Counted from the stretch's first letter, positions 12,045 to 24,544 are shown. The stretch is 64,000 nt of DNA from Octopus sinensis (GCF_006345805.1 NC_043002.1:89094001-89158000); one strand, 5' to 3'. The notes: generated by a model not told the origin, from the letters alone. Numbers and translations are program-made.

Positions 12045-14196
12045 CTAAACAGGAAACACCAGATTAAAAACAAACAGATAAAGTGAAAGATGTAGAAAAA
12101 AAAAGAGGAAGGAATGAAATAGAAAGAAAGAAAAAAAATACCGTAAGAGCGAAAACGAGAGATAAGGAAAGAATATATTAAGATAGCGACGATTTCTTCC
12201 GCACACATCACACAGAAGATTGTATTTCATATTTAATAGCAATCTTATTTTCTTTTATCATTAAAATCTTAATTTTAGAAAGTACACGCGCGCACACACG
12301 CACACATCTCTGTTGGTGCAGGGACTAGTTTCGTTATTTCCATGACAAGGCTTTTCAGGTTTAAACTCACATTCAAAAACCATACAATATCAAAGCATTA
12401 AGAGATATTTGAAACACGTTTCAAAAGATCAATGGAATGAATATACTATACTGCAAACTGAATTATATATTTATAGTGGGATGTTGTTCTTTTAAATTTC
12501 CTCTGCAACACTTGCTGACACAGATTGTAAATTCAGATCGCGTCAACACTCTAGCATGCGGACACACATTTTATTGCCTGTATATTTTTTTTTTCTTTAC
12601 TATAAAGTATTCTTGTGTATGTAAAACAACCATCAATATTATGAATGCAATATCGAATTCACTATCCATTTGCAGGAAATTATTTTCTTTGATGTTGATG
12701 GTATCGTCAATTGACGGACATGAATCTAGAAGAAACTTTAGTACCATAAAGGTAGTACCAAAGGTGAAAGGAATTATTGTTAATGCACACGTTTTCGGAG
12801 AGGAAAGGCCCAAAAAAAAATTAATAAATAAAAAGAACCTTAAACCGGCACTTAATGCAGCCATTTTATCTACGTAAACTGCATGATGTCTCAAAAGAAA
12901 AAAAAAGTTCTCACACTGGTAGTTGCAGGAATTGGTGTCGGGTCACAGTGCCACTAAATCGACTTCATATGTAGGTGTGCTATGTCAAAGACATGAATTA
13001 CATGAAATCCTGTTTATTCTTTAAAAGAATGTTGCATCGTATATTAGAATATGTGTAATACCGTTATTGCACTTTAACTCCCGGTTCCCCCTCATCAAGC
13101 AGATCAATGATCAAAGGTGTCCCTATTTCGACCATCCTTTTATATCTATACACACACACACACATACAAAGAGACTATGTTGTCGAATGTTTATTTTTTT
13201 TTTTTTTTGTTATTATTATTAAGATGATTGAGTGAGGATTTAGGGAGTTGTGATAAGTGAAATTTTATGAAAACATCAGAAATTCATTTATCTAAAAAAA
13301 AATTTTGCAAACGGTAAAGCGATAACGCCAAGGGAAAATTTAAGTGCAAAAGTAACTATCACCTATGGTTATTTTCCACATGGCGCCCTGGCCCCATAAT
13401 ATAATCCAAGTAGATCTCCCAACAAATATACAACCTAATATCGTTTTCCCATTTAAAAAAAATTATTTTATTAGAGCCATTGGAATTATGATAAATAAAA
13501 AAAAAGGTATGAACATCTCAATTCTAATCTTTCTTCCTTAAAATGCAGAGTTTCGGCGCCTATTTAAAAATCGTGGTAAATAATCACAGGAAAGACGGAA
13601 ATATATTGAAATGAATGGAAAGATTAAGAGAGATTTTATCTAGATTTACAAATATTTAGAGAAACACTGATTTGCATTACATGTGGTTTAGATCTAAAGC
13701 GAATTCTAACAATCAATGCATACATTAACACATGCTAGTTTGAGAAGATACACAAACGTGTTATCGATATGGTGCTCGTTTGAATGTTGAATGCGTGCAC
13801 TTTGTCCCATTTCATATAAGCCGGCCTTCATGAAGAAAAACATTTTATATTCGATAGAATGAAAAAATTATATTGATTCTTTTTTATTTTTCCCATAAAG
13901 CACAAAACCAAAGTTCTATAGAATAAACCACAGTATATTACTGGTACAATGTATTTTATCGACCTCCAGGAAGATGAAGAATGAAGTCATCTGGCGAGAT
14001 TTTTATTCGGAAAACAGTGTTATCGAAATATTTTTAGATGAATGGGAAAATACGGAGAATTGTATAATCGATAATTTCTTGTTCAAAACAAAATTATAAT
14101 TTGAATACAGGAAAAAAATTAATAAAATATATATGCGTGAATTGAGAAGAAGATTTTAATGATTCAGTAAAATATGATGAAAACAAAGGTTCTTAC

Positions 14197-14475
14197 CTTG
14201 CAACCGTACAAGAACCGTAATCTTTCGTCAAGCCAATCTTCAACTTTTAAACGTTTCCTAATCAAAGACATTTGATGCTGACCATACTTGGCGGTCAAGT
14301 ATTTCTTTTTTTGTTCTTTAATCGCCTCTCGCTGTGTGTTGAAATTTACCGATCGGTTATGAGCTGATGATGAAGGGGATGTAGCTGAACGAGCAGCAGG
14401 GGAACGATGCTGGGAACTACTAGAATTGCTACTACCAGTGGCTACTTTGTCCAAAGAGTATGTTGTGGTCGCCAT
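14197..14475 (-). CDS. PPP1R14: Protein phosphatase 1 regulatory inhibitor subunit 14 family (CPI-17/PHI-1/KEPI-like), first coding exon (93 aa); later exons not found in window
   Basis: Translation has a Ser-rich N-terminus, an RSVNF (RVxF-type) motif and KYLTAKY...IRKRLKVEDWLDERLRFLYGC, which matches the CPI-17 core RVTVKY...RRLDVEKWIDGRLEELY. The exon ends at a canonical phase-0 donor AAG|GTAAGA (intron starts at 14196 on the minus strand). Confidence 0.9.
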
Positions 14476-15450
14476 TCTTAGAGAGAAGGTCCCAAATACA
14501 AGGAACCAGTCAACACTCCAAACTTTAGATTTTCAATTTGTTATGAATTATTTTAAATAATAAATAGAATCTGAAGTTCTCGTGTAAAAATGTTGGTAGC
14601 TATGAACTAATTCAGTTTCTCTTCTTTCTTTCTCCGGCTTTACGTTGTCTACCTATGCCGCCCTGGGAGATGAAGCAAAAAGTTAACTTTATCTGTTAAA
14701 CTAACTTTGAAATAAAAAACGAATTCAACTTCCAGTTGAGGCAGTAAATTTGGACACGTGTCCATGTAACTCTCTGTAAATTCGTTAATAATCCAAAACA
14801 AGATTGTTATACCAAGCACATTTTGTCTGTTTGTAGTTATATATTCTCTGCTTGAATTACTTGATGTTCATCAAACAATAACTGATATTTGTTTTTTAAA
14901 GTATACATATGTGTATGTGTATATATATATATAGTTATAGCAAATAATTATAACAAAATTAAAAGATACTATATACAAATTGATACTTCGATCATTAGTA
15001 ACGATACCTACAATCAACAATCTGCGAGAGCCAGTTTCGACTACGCGTATACTAAAGTAGTATCACAGATTTGAGTGCTTGCTTGCTAATATAACTTAAG
15101 GTAAAAATCATTCAATCTCAAGAAATTGGTGCTGGTCTACGGCGTCGGCAACAATTAGTCCACGAGAGAATTGGTAGAAGAGTTCACTAAAATCAGTCTA
15201 AATGCCGTGAGTGAGTGAAAAATCTAACACTTTGGGCTCTTGCTCGTCGTCTAAGAGCAACGAAAGTACACACGGTGTGTTGTTACTTAGGCTTCCAAAC
15301 TGCTGGACGAGATAATGTGTTTGCTTTTATACAAAGCACAAAAAAAACGATCGCTGCTGCTGCTGCTTCTGTTGCCTGACCTTGCATATAGACACACCCC
15401 CTCTTACTCGCTTTATCCCTTTTCTGCTTTCTCTTACACACACACATCAC
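14476..15450 (-). promoter_or_regulatory. Probable 5' UTR/promoter region of the PPP1R14 gene
   Basis: TE-free, CpG-retaining unique sequence directly upstream of the ATG. TSS not determinable. Confidence 0.4.
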
Positions 15451-15684
15451 TTTACTTTAGTCATTTAAAGTTACCTCCCTTGGAAGATGCTTTTTACTTC
15501 TTAATTTTAATCAGAAATTGAATTAAAATGTTATTTTCATGTGAAAGAAAATATAAATAAATACTGATCTTTTTCCTACTGTGCAATCATTTCAAACCAT
15601 AAAGATATGCGCAAAAGATTAAGGAAGTAATTTAGTCATTTATACACGCACACATACACACACATTATGAGCGTGTGTGTGTGA

Positions 15685-15734
<50 letters not shown>

Positions 15735-15759
15735 AGGTTTGGAGATGATGTACAGGTAT

Positions 15760-16076
15760 TATATATTAGAAGAAATGAGATACTCAGAAAATCGGATGGT
15801 TTATATTTACAGATATTTATTTGTATATTACATTTTTTATAATATCATCACTTAGATCATTAGCGCTTTCTCTCCCATTCTAGTGGGGTTTTCAAATCAA
15901 ACTAAGTTCCTCTCACACAGAACTTAGTTTGATTTGAAAACCCCACTAGATGGGAGAAAGCGCTAATGACTAGTTATATGTTTTATATGATATATATAAA
16001 AAATCTAATATACAAATAAATATCTGTAAGTATAAACCATCCAATTTTCTGAGTACCTCATTTCTTCTAATATATA
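15760..16076. repeat. Long inverted repeat (~150-bp arms, 10-nt loop)
   Basis: Perfect 30-bp core 15880-15909 / 15920-15949. The arms extend with a few mismatches and indels to the flanking (TA)n. Confidence 0.92.
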
Positions 16077-16090
16077 TATAATATATATAT

Positions 16091-16147
<57 letters not shown>

Positions 16148-16148
16148 A

Positions 16149-16182
<34 letters not shown>

Positions 16183-16216
16183 ATATATATAATATATTAT
16201 ATATATATCATTACAT

Positions 16217-18580
16217 ACATATCATCATCATCATCATCATCATTTAGCATCCGTTTTCCATGCTAGCATGGGTTGGACGGTTCTACTGGGGTCTGTGAAG
16301 CCAGAAGGCTTCATCAGGCCCAGTCAAATCTGGCAGTGTTTCACGGCTGGATGCCCTTCCTAACGCCAACCACTCTGTGAGTGTAATGGGTGCTTTTACG
16401 TGCCACCCGCACTGGTGCCAGACAGAGCTGGCAAATGGCCACGAACGGATGGTGCTTTTATGTGCCACCGGCACGAGGGCCAGGCGAGGCTGGCAATGGA
16501 CACGAAACGGGGCGGTACTGGCAACGGTCGCGAAACGGAAAGTTCTCTTACATGCCACCGGCACTGGTAACACATCTGCAATTTCCATTGATCGATTTCC
16601 ATGATCGATTTCGATTCTGATCCTCACTTGCCTCAATGGGTCTTCACAAGCAGAGTTTCGACATGCCACCGGCACTGGTAGCACATCCGCAATTTCCATT
16701 GATCGATTTCGATTCTGATCCTCACTTGCCTCAACACTCTTCACAAGTAGAGTTTTGTGTCCCAAGAAGGGAAGGTATGCATACGTAGGCTGGCTCCATC
16801 CCATGTAGAAGGCCACGGGTTGTGGACTCACTTGTCCTGCCGGGTCTTCTCGCGCACAGCACACTTCCAGAGGTCTCGGTCTCTAGTCATTTCCTCAGTG
16901 AGACCTAAAGTTCGAAGGTCGTGCTTCACCACCTCGTCCCAGGTTTTCCTGGGTCTGCCTCTTCCACAGGTTCCCTCAACCGCTAGGGTGTGGCACTTTT
17001 TCACACAACTATCTTCATCCATTCTCGCCACATGACCATACCAGCGCAAACGTCTCTCTTGCACACCACAACTGATGCTTCTTAGGTCCAGCTTTTCTCT
17101 CAAGGTACTTACACTCTGCCGAGTGTGAGTACCGGCATTACACATCCATCGGAGCATACTGGCTTCATTTCTAGCGAGCTTACGCATATCCTCAGCAGTC
17201 ACGGCCCATTTTCACTGCCATGTAGCATGGCTGTTCGTACACACGCATCATACAGTCTGCCTTTCACTCTGTGCGAGAGGCCTTTTGTCACCAGCAGAGG
17301 TAAGAGCTCTCTGAACTTTGCCCAAGCTATTCTTACTCTAGCAGTTACACTTTCAGCACACCCCGCCCCCGCTGCTGACTTGGTCACCTAGGTAACGGAA
17401 ACTATCAACTATTTCTAGTTTTTCTCCCTGGAAAGTGACGGAAGTTGGTCTCAGAGCATTTTCAATGTTTATTGTTCCTGAGCATCTGCCACATACAAAA
17501 ACCATCTTCCTAGTTAGCCTTCCTTTGACATTGCTGCATCTCTTATGTGTCCATAGCTTACACTTGGTGCATCTTATAGAGTTTCTACCTACACCTTTTT
17601 CTACAGATCGAGCAGGGCCATCTACCTGAAGGTGTTTGTGATTTGTCTACCTTCCTACTGATTACGACTTTGTTTTTAGCTAGATTGACTCTGAGGCCCT
17701 TCGATTCTAATCCTTGTTTCCACACCTGAAACTTCTCCTCCAGTTCTGATAGCGACTCAGCAATTAGAGCAAGGTCATCAGCATAGAGGAGCTCCCAGGG
17801 CATCCTGTCTTGAATTCCTCCGTTATTGCCTGGAGGACTATGATAAATAGGAGGGGCTGAGTACTGAGCCTTGGTGGACCCCTACCTCTACCCGGAATTC
17901 TTCACTGTACTCATTTCCAACCCTCACCCTACTAGCGGCGTCCCTATACATGGCCCGCACAGCTCTCACTAACCATTCATCTATCCCTAGTTTTCTCATT
18001 GCCCACCAGATAAGGATCGGGGGACCCTGTCGAAGGCTTTCTCCATGTCAACAAAAGCCAGGTACAGGGGCTTATCTTTGGCTAGGTATTTCTCCTGCAG
18101 CTGCCTTACCAGGAATATAGCATCAGTAGTACTTTTCCCTGGCACAAACCCAAACTGCATCTCATCTAAACTAACTCTCTCTCTAATTAGTTGGGCTATG
18201 ACCCTCTCCGTAACCTTCATCACCTGGTCCAACAGCTTGATACCTCTGTAGTTATTTGTATCTAGGGCATCACCTTTACCTTTGTAGCAGTTGACTATTA
18301 TACTGCTACACCAGTCATTGGGTATGACCCCTTTGTGTATCACCTGATTAACTATATGGGTGACTAGGCTATAGCCGACACTACCAGACATTTTGAGCAT
18401 CTCTGCAGTGATTCCTGATGGGCCTGGGCTTTCCCTGTCTTCATGCTTCTAATGCCTTAGCTACCACAGAACCAACTAGCTACGACTATCACTCGGAAGC
18501 TGGTCCTCTGTTGGGTCACATTCGGCAGACTCTCTTTATCCCATTCATTTTCTTCATTCAGCAACCTTTCATAGTGGCAT
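16217..18580 (-). mobile_element. RTE-clade LINE, 5'-truncated, frameshifted, relatively young; complete 3' UTR and (GAT)n tail
   Basis: ORF fragments contain NYRGIKLL, QFGFVPGKSTTDAIF, FVDMEKAFDRVPR, LLYADDLAL, RRLRWYGHVARM and GRGRPRKTW. The (CAT)n tail is at 16217-16243. Confidence 0.95.
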
Positions 18581-18930
18581 GTATGTATGTATATAGGAAA
18601 GTTTTTGAAAGTTTTTCAGTAACTAAAACACCTAGCGGTGGAGCAGTGTCAATACTTATCTGAGGTAAAGAAAAAGAACAATAGAACTATATCCCATAAT
18701 CAACAGGTACACTTGCCCAATCCTAGGCAAAATCAAAGTTATCAATATTCCCATTGCAAATTCATAGCAAAATCCATGCCTGGATAGAAATTACATTCAT
18801 ACATCTACCGCAAATAGATGCATCTTTTTTATTTTTTATTTTCTTTCCTTCTTTCTTTTACTCTCTTTAAGTCCATTAAAATCGCATTATTTATTGGATG
18901 ACCCCAATGTGTGTGTGTGTGTGTGTGTAT

Positions 18931-18961
<31 letters not shown>

Positions 18962-18974
18962 ACACATACACACA

Positions 18975-20190
18975 TTGGGGTCATCCAATAAATAATGCAA
19001 TTTTTTCAATTGTATGAACTAAAAGTCAGAGGGGGATGGGATAAAATAACGGCATCAACTTGCTATAATAGCAGGTAGTAATTTTACCTTGTACTGATTC
19101 TTAGTGCAAGATTTTGAAGAGTGCAGTTCGATTTTAATAGTTATTTTTTCAAAGCTATAACAGAAGTTGTAAAGGAGCATATTCAGCATATTTTGCTTTA
19201 TGAGTTCAACAAAGGTAGCAACACAAAAGAATGTGTGAGGAATATTAATACAGTATATGGGGGTCAGACAATAAGCACAAGCCAGTGTCAACGGTGGTTC
19301 CAGAAATCCCAAGCTGGAAACTACAGCTTAGAAGACAAGCCTCAGAGCTTGATGAGGATGTTCTGCAAACCCTGATGGTACAAAATCCCATCGTAACTGT
19401 TGAGGAACTAGCAAAGAAGCTTGGATTTGGTCGTTCAACCATTCATCGACACCTATGTGCCATCAGAAAAGTCAGCAAATTGGGTCAATGGGTTCCTCAC
19501 AAACTTCCTGAATCTAATCGCGTACAGAGAGTGAATGTGTGCTCTTCTTTGCTGTCATATCTCACGAATTAACCTTTTTTGGACTGAATAGTGACTGGAG
19601 ATGAGAAATGGGTTCTCTATAAAAATGTCAAGTGCTGAGGAGAGTGGGTAGGGAGAGGAGAAACACCAGTACCCCAGGCCAAAGAAGCTCTTCACCAACA
19701 TAAGGTGTTGTTATCTGTTTGGTGGGTATGAAAGGTTTAGTCCACTTTGAACTTTTAAATGCAAACCAAACAATAACAAAGGAGATCTACTGTGGGCAGC
19801 TTGAGTGGCTTAAGTCAGTGCCTGAAGAAAAACGACCATCTTTGGTTTCAAGACGAAAGGTGTTCTTCCATCAGGATAATGCTTGGCCACATACAGCAAG
19901 AATGACATTCCAAAGGCTGGAGCAGTTTGAATGGGAAATGATATCCCAGCCACCATATTCACCAGACACTGCCCATCTGATTATCATTTATTCTGTAGTA
20001 TTTTTCTGCAGAAGGAGTATTTTGCATCACGGACAAGTGAATTTTGGAAGAGGGGCCTTGCAAGTCTACCAGATAGATGGAAGAGAATTGTAGGAAATGA
20101 AGAAGAGTATATTTTAGATAAGAAAGGAATTTTTGTTTATCTTAATTTTGAAAAATAAGTGTAAAAAACCACATTATTTATGGGATAATG
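18975..20190 (+). mobile_element. Mariner (Tc1/mariner) element, near full length, transposase pseudogenised
   Basis: Fragments HILLYEFNKG, QRWFQK, WVPHKL, VTGDEKW, HQDNAWPH and PPYSPD. Left TIR ttggggtcatccaataaataatgc; degenerate right TIR at ~20165-20188. Confidence 0.92.
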
Positions 20191-20532
20191 TCATTACTCT
20201 GATATATAGAAGGAATGGCCATTGCAGTTTGGATATATGCTGTTCTGGAAGAAATTCATCTTAAGCATCCCAAGTAGTTGGTTATTGTCAATTGTTTTGA
20301 GCTAGCTGTTTTGATGAGTCATAGTATGTTTGGCATTACTGTTGTACTACAGGATGTTGTCAGAATTCTTCTGAAGGCATTGTATTGCTTTTTTCCTTTC
20401 TGGATTCAGGATACTCAGATCACAATATTTCTCTGGGTTGGGTTTTGTAAGTGACCATGCAAGTATCTTCTCCAGCAAGCTCAAGGTTAGCCTTATTCCT
20501 TGGACTGAATATATATACATATGTATATATAT

Positions 20533-20722
20533 ATCATCATCATCATCATCATCATCATCGTTCTCCATGCTAGCATGGGTTGGACGGTTCGACCGGGGAT
20601 CTGGGAAGCCAGAAGGCTGCACCAGGCTCCAGTCTTATCTGGCAGTGTTTCTACAGCTGGATGCCCTTCCTAACGCCAACCACTCCGTGAGTGTAGTGGG
20701 TGCTTTTTACGTGCCACCTGCA
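20533..20722 (-). mobile_element. RTE tail-only copy within (TA)n (partial repeat at ~20855-20960)
   Basis: Very similar to 1-190. Confidence 0.85.
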
Positions 20723-21299
20723 CATATATATATATATATATTCAGTCCAGTGTGGAATGAAAGCTGTGAAGGAAGCTGAAATGTATTGAGGGTGCAAAGA
20801 GATTGTTGGAGTAGTCTGTGAAAGATAGATAGAACTTAGTAACTAAAACACCAAGATCTGGCAGTGCTTCTACAGTGGGATGCCCTTCCTAACGCCAACC
20901 ACTCCATGAGTGTAGTGGTTGCTTTTTATGTGCCACTAGCACAGGGGCCAGAGGTGGCTGTGACTCCAGATCATCAGCATCACTCAGGCTCAACACAGAT
21001 TTCACATAAGACACATGTCTGCTGAAAGAATTTCACATTTTTCTGCTTTATTTCTAACCCAGATTACTTATTTGTCATATCTAGGACTATGTCTTTCTCC
21101 ATTTCTAGGTTAAGGGTGAAAAATAAAGCAAAACACAACTGATCTTTACACACAGACACACAGAATAACAGCAATCAAATAATGACAGCAGAGTGCACAA
21201 CAAACATCAACTATCTGGCTGTTGCCTGTACTCTTGACAAGAGATGCTGGTTAGGCTTGTTCATATTAGCCCATGTTGCTGGATAATGTTTCGTTCCTT

Positions 21300-22442
21300 T
21301 AAGAATATTATAGAATGGAAACTTTTCATAGATTGGAATTTAAATCCTAATCTCTATAGAAATTTATTGTTTCAAGAAGACATTGAATTTGAATTACTTT
21401 TAATTTTTACAATTATAGATGCCTGGAAAACGTGATAGTCAGTTGATGCAAGGCCTGGTGACTATGATGGATGACAGAGTACTTCCAAGTTCAGTTACTG
21501 TAACTTGAGTAGCATTCTTTGTGCAACATGTGGTCAAACATTGTCTTGCAAGAGAATTGGCCTGTCTCTATTGACCAATCTTGGTTTATTTACAAGTTCA
21601 CTCATCATTTCATCCGATTTGTTGATGTATACATTTGCTGTAATTGACTTACCAGATCTCAAGAAGATGTAGTGGATGGCACCAGCGCTGGACCATTAGC
21701 TTTTTTTTGGTGAATATTCTTTTTTGGATTGTGTTTTGGCGCTTCATCTCTATCCAACCACCATGCAGAATGCTTGCTATTGTTGAAAAGAATCCATTTT
21801 TCATCACATGTAACAATATGATGCAAAAATGGCTCACTTTTATGCCATGACAGCAAAGAACAGCAAGTTTCAAGACAATGTGTCATTTGATGTTCATTTA
21901 GTTTGTGTGGTAACCACTTGTCCAGTATATTTACCTTACCAATTTGTTTCAGATGGTCTAATACAGTTGGAATCAAAACATTAAACCTTGCTGCTAACTC
22001 AAGTAATTTGAGATGTATCAAACTACAGTTTCTAGTTCATTATTATCTACCTTTGTCTCAGGTCTACCATGAGGATGATTTTCAAGAGTAAAGTTACCAG
22101 ACCAGAACTTCTCAAACCATCGACATACAGTGTGCTCATTCACCACATCTTCACCAAACACCTCATCAATATTTCAAGCTGTCTGGGATGCATTAGTTCC
22201 ACAACGAAACTTATTTTCATAAACAATGCAAATTTTTTATCTATCCATGGGTTCACAAAAATTGATTTACAAGAGAAAACTCACAATATAATCAGACACC
22301 ATGAATAGCATTTTGAAAAGTGATAACGTAACTCTTCAATGTTGTAAAACAAAGAATTGTCAGCATAAAACATTAGATTTAACAAATGTCAAACTTGATG
22401 CATAAGAAAATCAGGCATTTCACACTTAATGACTTGATATAT
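21300..22442 (-). mobile_element. Second mariner relic (different subfamily)
   Basis: KWLPHKLNEHQ, FLHHIVTCDEKWILFNN and DYH fragments. TIR-like end next to (TA)n at ~22440. Left boundary approximate. Confidence 0.85.
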
Positions 22443-22532
<90 letters not shown>

Positions 22533-22630
22533 GTTTGTTTGTATTCCACCTGCCTTCGTCTTTTGTTTATTTCCGTAAACCTGCCTTCGTCTTTTGTCTA
22601 TTTTCATAAAGCTTCCCGTTATATATATAA

Positions 22631-23617
22631 ATAGCCTGGGAAAATTTCAGAGAGCTCTTACCTCTGCTTATGACAAAAGGCCTCTCGCTCAGAATAAAAG
22701 GTATGACGCATGTGTACATGGCAGCGAAACATGGGGTGTAACTGCTGAGGACATGTGTAAGCTCACAAGGAATGAAGCCAGTATGCTCCCATGGGTGTTT
22801 AATGTCAGCGTGCATACTCGACAGAGTGTAAGTACCTTGAGAGAAAAGTTGGACCTAAGACGCATCAGAGGTGGTGTGCAAGAGAGACGACTGCACTGGT
22901 ATGGCCATATGGCGAGAATGGATGAGGATAGCTGTGTGAAAAAGTGCCATACCCTAGTGGTTGAGGGAACCTGTGGAAGAGGTAGACCCAGGAAGACCTG
23001 GGATGAGGTGGTGAAGCATGACCTTTGAACATTGGGCCTCACCGAGGCAATGACTAGTGACCAGGACCTGTAGAAATATGCTGTGCTTGAGAAGACTCGG
23101 CAAGCCAAGTGAGACCATAACCTCGTGGCCTATGCCAGGGGTGTAACCAGCCCACTTATGCATACCTATCCTTCATTGGACACTAAACTCTGCTTGCAAA
23201 GACCTGTTGAGACAACTGAAATCGAAATCAAATTCGATGACTGGCATCCGTGTTAGTGGCGCACTAAGAGTACCATCCGAGCGTGATCGTTGCCAGAGCA
23301 TCAAACTGGCTTCTGTGCCGGTGGCACATAAAAAGCACCTTTCGAGCATGATCATTGCCTGCGTCGCCTTACTGGCACTTGTGCTGGTGGCACGTGAAAA
23401 AACATTCGAGTGAGGTCGTTGCCAGTGCCACTGGACTGGCTCCTGTGTAAGTGGCACATAAAAAGCACCATTTGAGCACAGCCATTGCCAGTACCGCCTG
23501 ACTGGCCCTCGTGCCGGTGGCACGTAAAAGCACCTACTACACTCTTGGAGTGGTTGGCGTCAGGAAGGGCATCCAGCTGTAGAAACTCTGCCAGATCAGA
23601 TTAGAGCCTGGTGCAGT
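22631..23617 (+). mobile_element. RTE LINE 3' fragment, same family, with 3' UTR repeat array
   Basis: HGSETW...RRLHWYGHMARM...GRGRPRKTW, followed by UTR units and the GGAAGGGCATCCAGCTGTAGAAAC motif. Confidence 0.93.
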
Positions 23618-24544
23618 GTGTATTTTACTGCCCCCTCCCTTGATAGTGCATGTTAGTTGGAAATGAATATCTCTGCTATGCAAGCAGTGTCCTTCATCCC
23701 TATTTTTCCATGAGAAAAGGAAGATCATGGGTAAATATCTTACTTGGAAAGAGTTGAGGGCTGCTGCTAACAGTTCTGCCAGCTCACCACCTTAATTAAT
23801 ATAAGCATTAACTTCAAACTAGGCACAAAACCACAAATTTTTGGCATGATTAGTCAACTAAATCAACCCAGTACTTCAACAGTTATTTTATTGATCCTAG
23901 AAAGATGAAATTCAAAACTGACCCAAGCAAGCTTTGAACTTAAAATATAAAGAATTTTGAATCAAACATCACAAGGTGCATTTTCTTTTCTTTTTCTCCT
24001 CTTTTTTTTTTTCCTTTGATGCTATAACACTTCTGCCAATCCACCACTTTAATTAATATAAAAACTAAAATGTAAGTTAATTACTAAGATATCTCTAATT
24101 GATAGCCTTCTGAAAATTAAAAGTACTTTTGTTGTTTTCTACTTGTAAAAAAAGGATTACATGTGGGGCTTTTAATTCTTTGTCTTGAAGACAAGGAGGG
24201 ACAGAGATTTTTATGGCCTCCTTAGAGTGTGAGATCAAAATACATACCATATATACTCAAGTAAAAGTCAAATTTTTTAGACCATTTTTTAAGGTCTAAT
24301 TTATGGAGTCAACTATTACATGGATACTACTTTTGAGGGGCTGAAATTCAAGCTAGAATCTGAAACCCAACTGATCTCTAAGCAAATAAAAACAAAAGCA
24401 CAATGAATTACAGTAATATTACTAATTCTATGCATCAAAACATGCGTCCTGGTAAATAACATAACCTATAAAGAAGGTCACATAGCTTTCTTGTGCAGTT
24501 ACCACTAAATGTCCATAATGTAGTGTCAAGTTGTTAATCTGGAG

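Noticed and set aside
12437-12894. Overlapping 146-aa (+) and 107-aa (-) ORFs
   Set aside because: No recognisable domain, AT-biased composition, and no convincing splice context. Treated as chance ORFs.
16828-18400. Intact, active LINE ORF2
   Set aside because: 5'-truncated (no endonuclease domain) and broken by several frameshifts, although some single-base indels may be sequencing errors.
23240-23534. CRISPR-like repeat/spacer appearance of the 65-bp units
   Set aside because: Eukaryotic LINE 3' UTR. The apparent spacers are homologous to each other and there are no cas genes.
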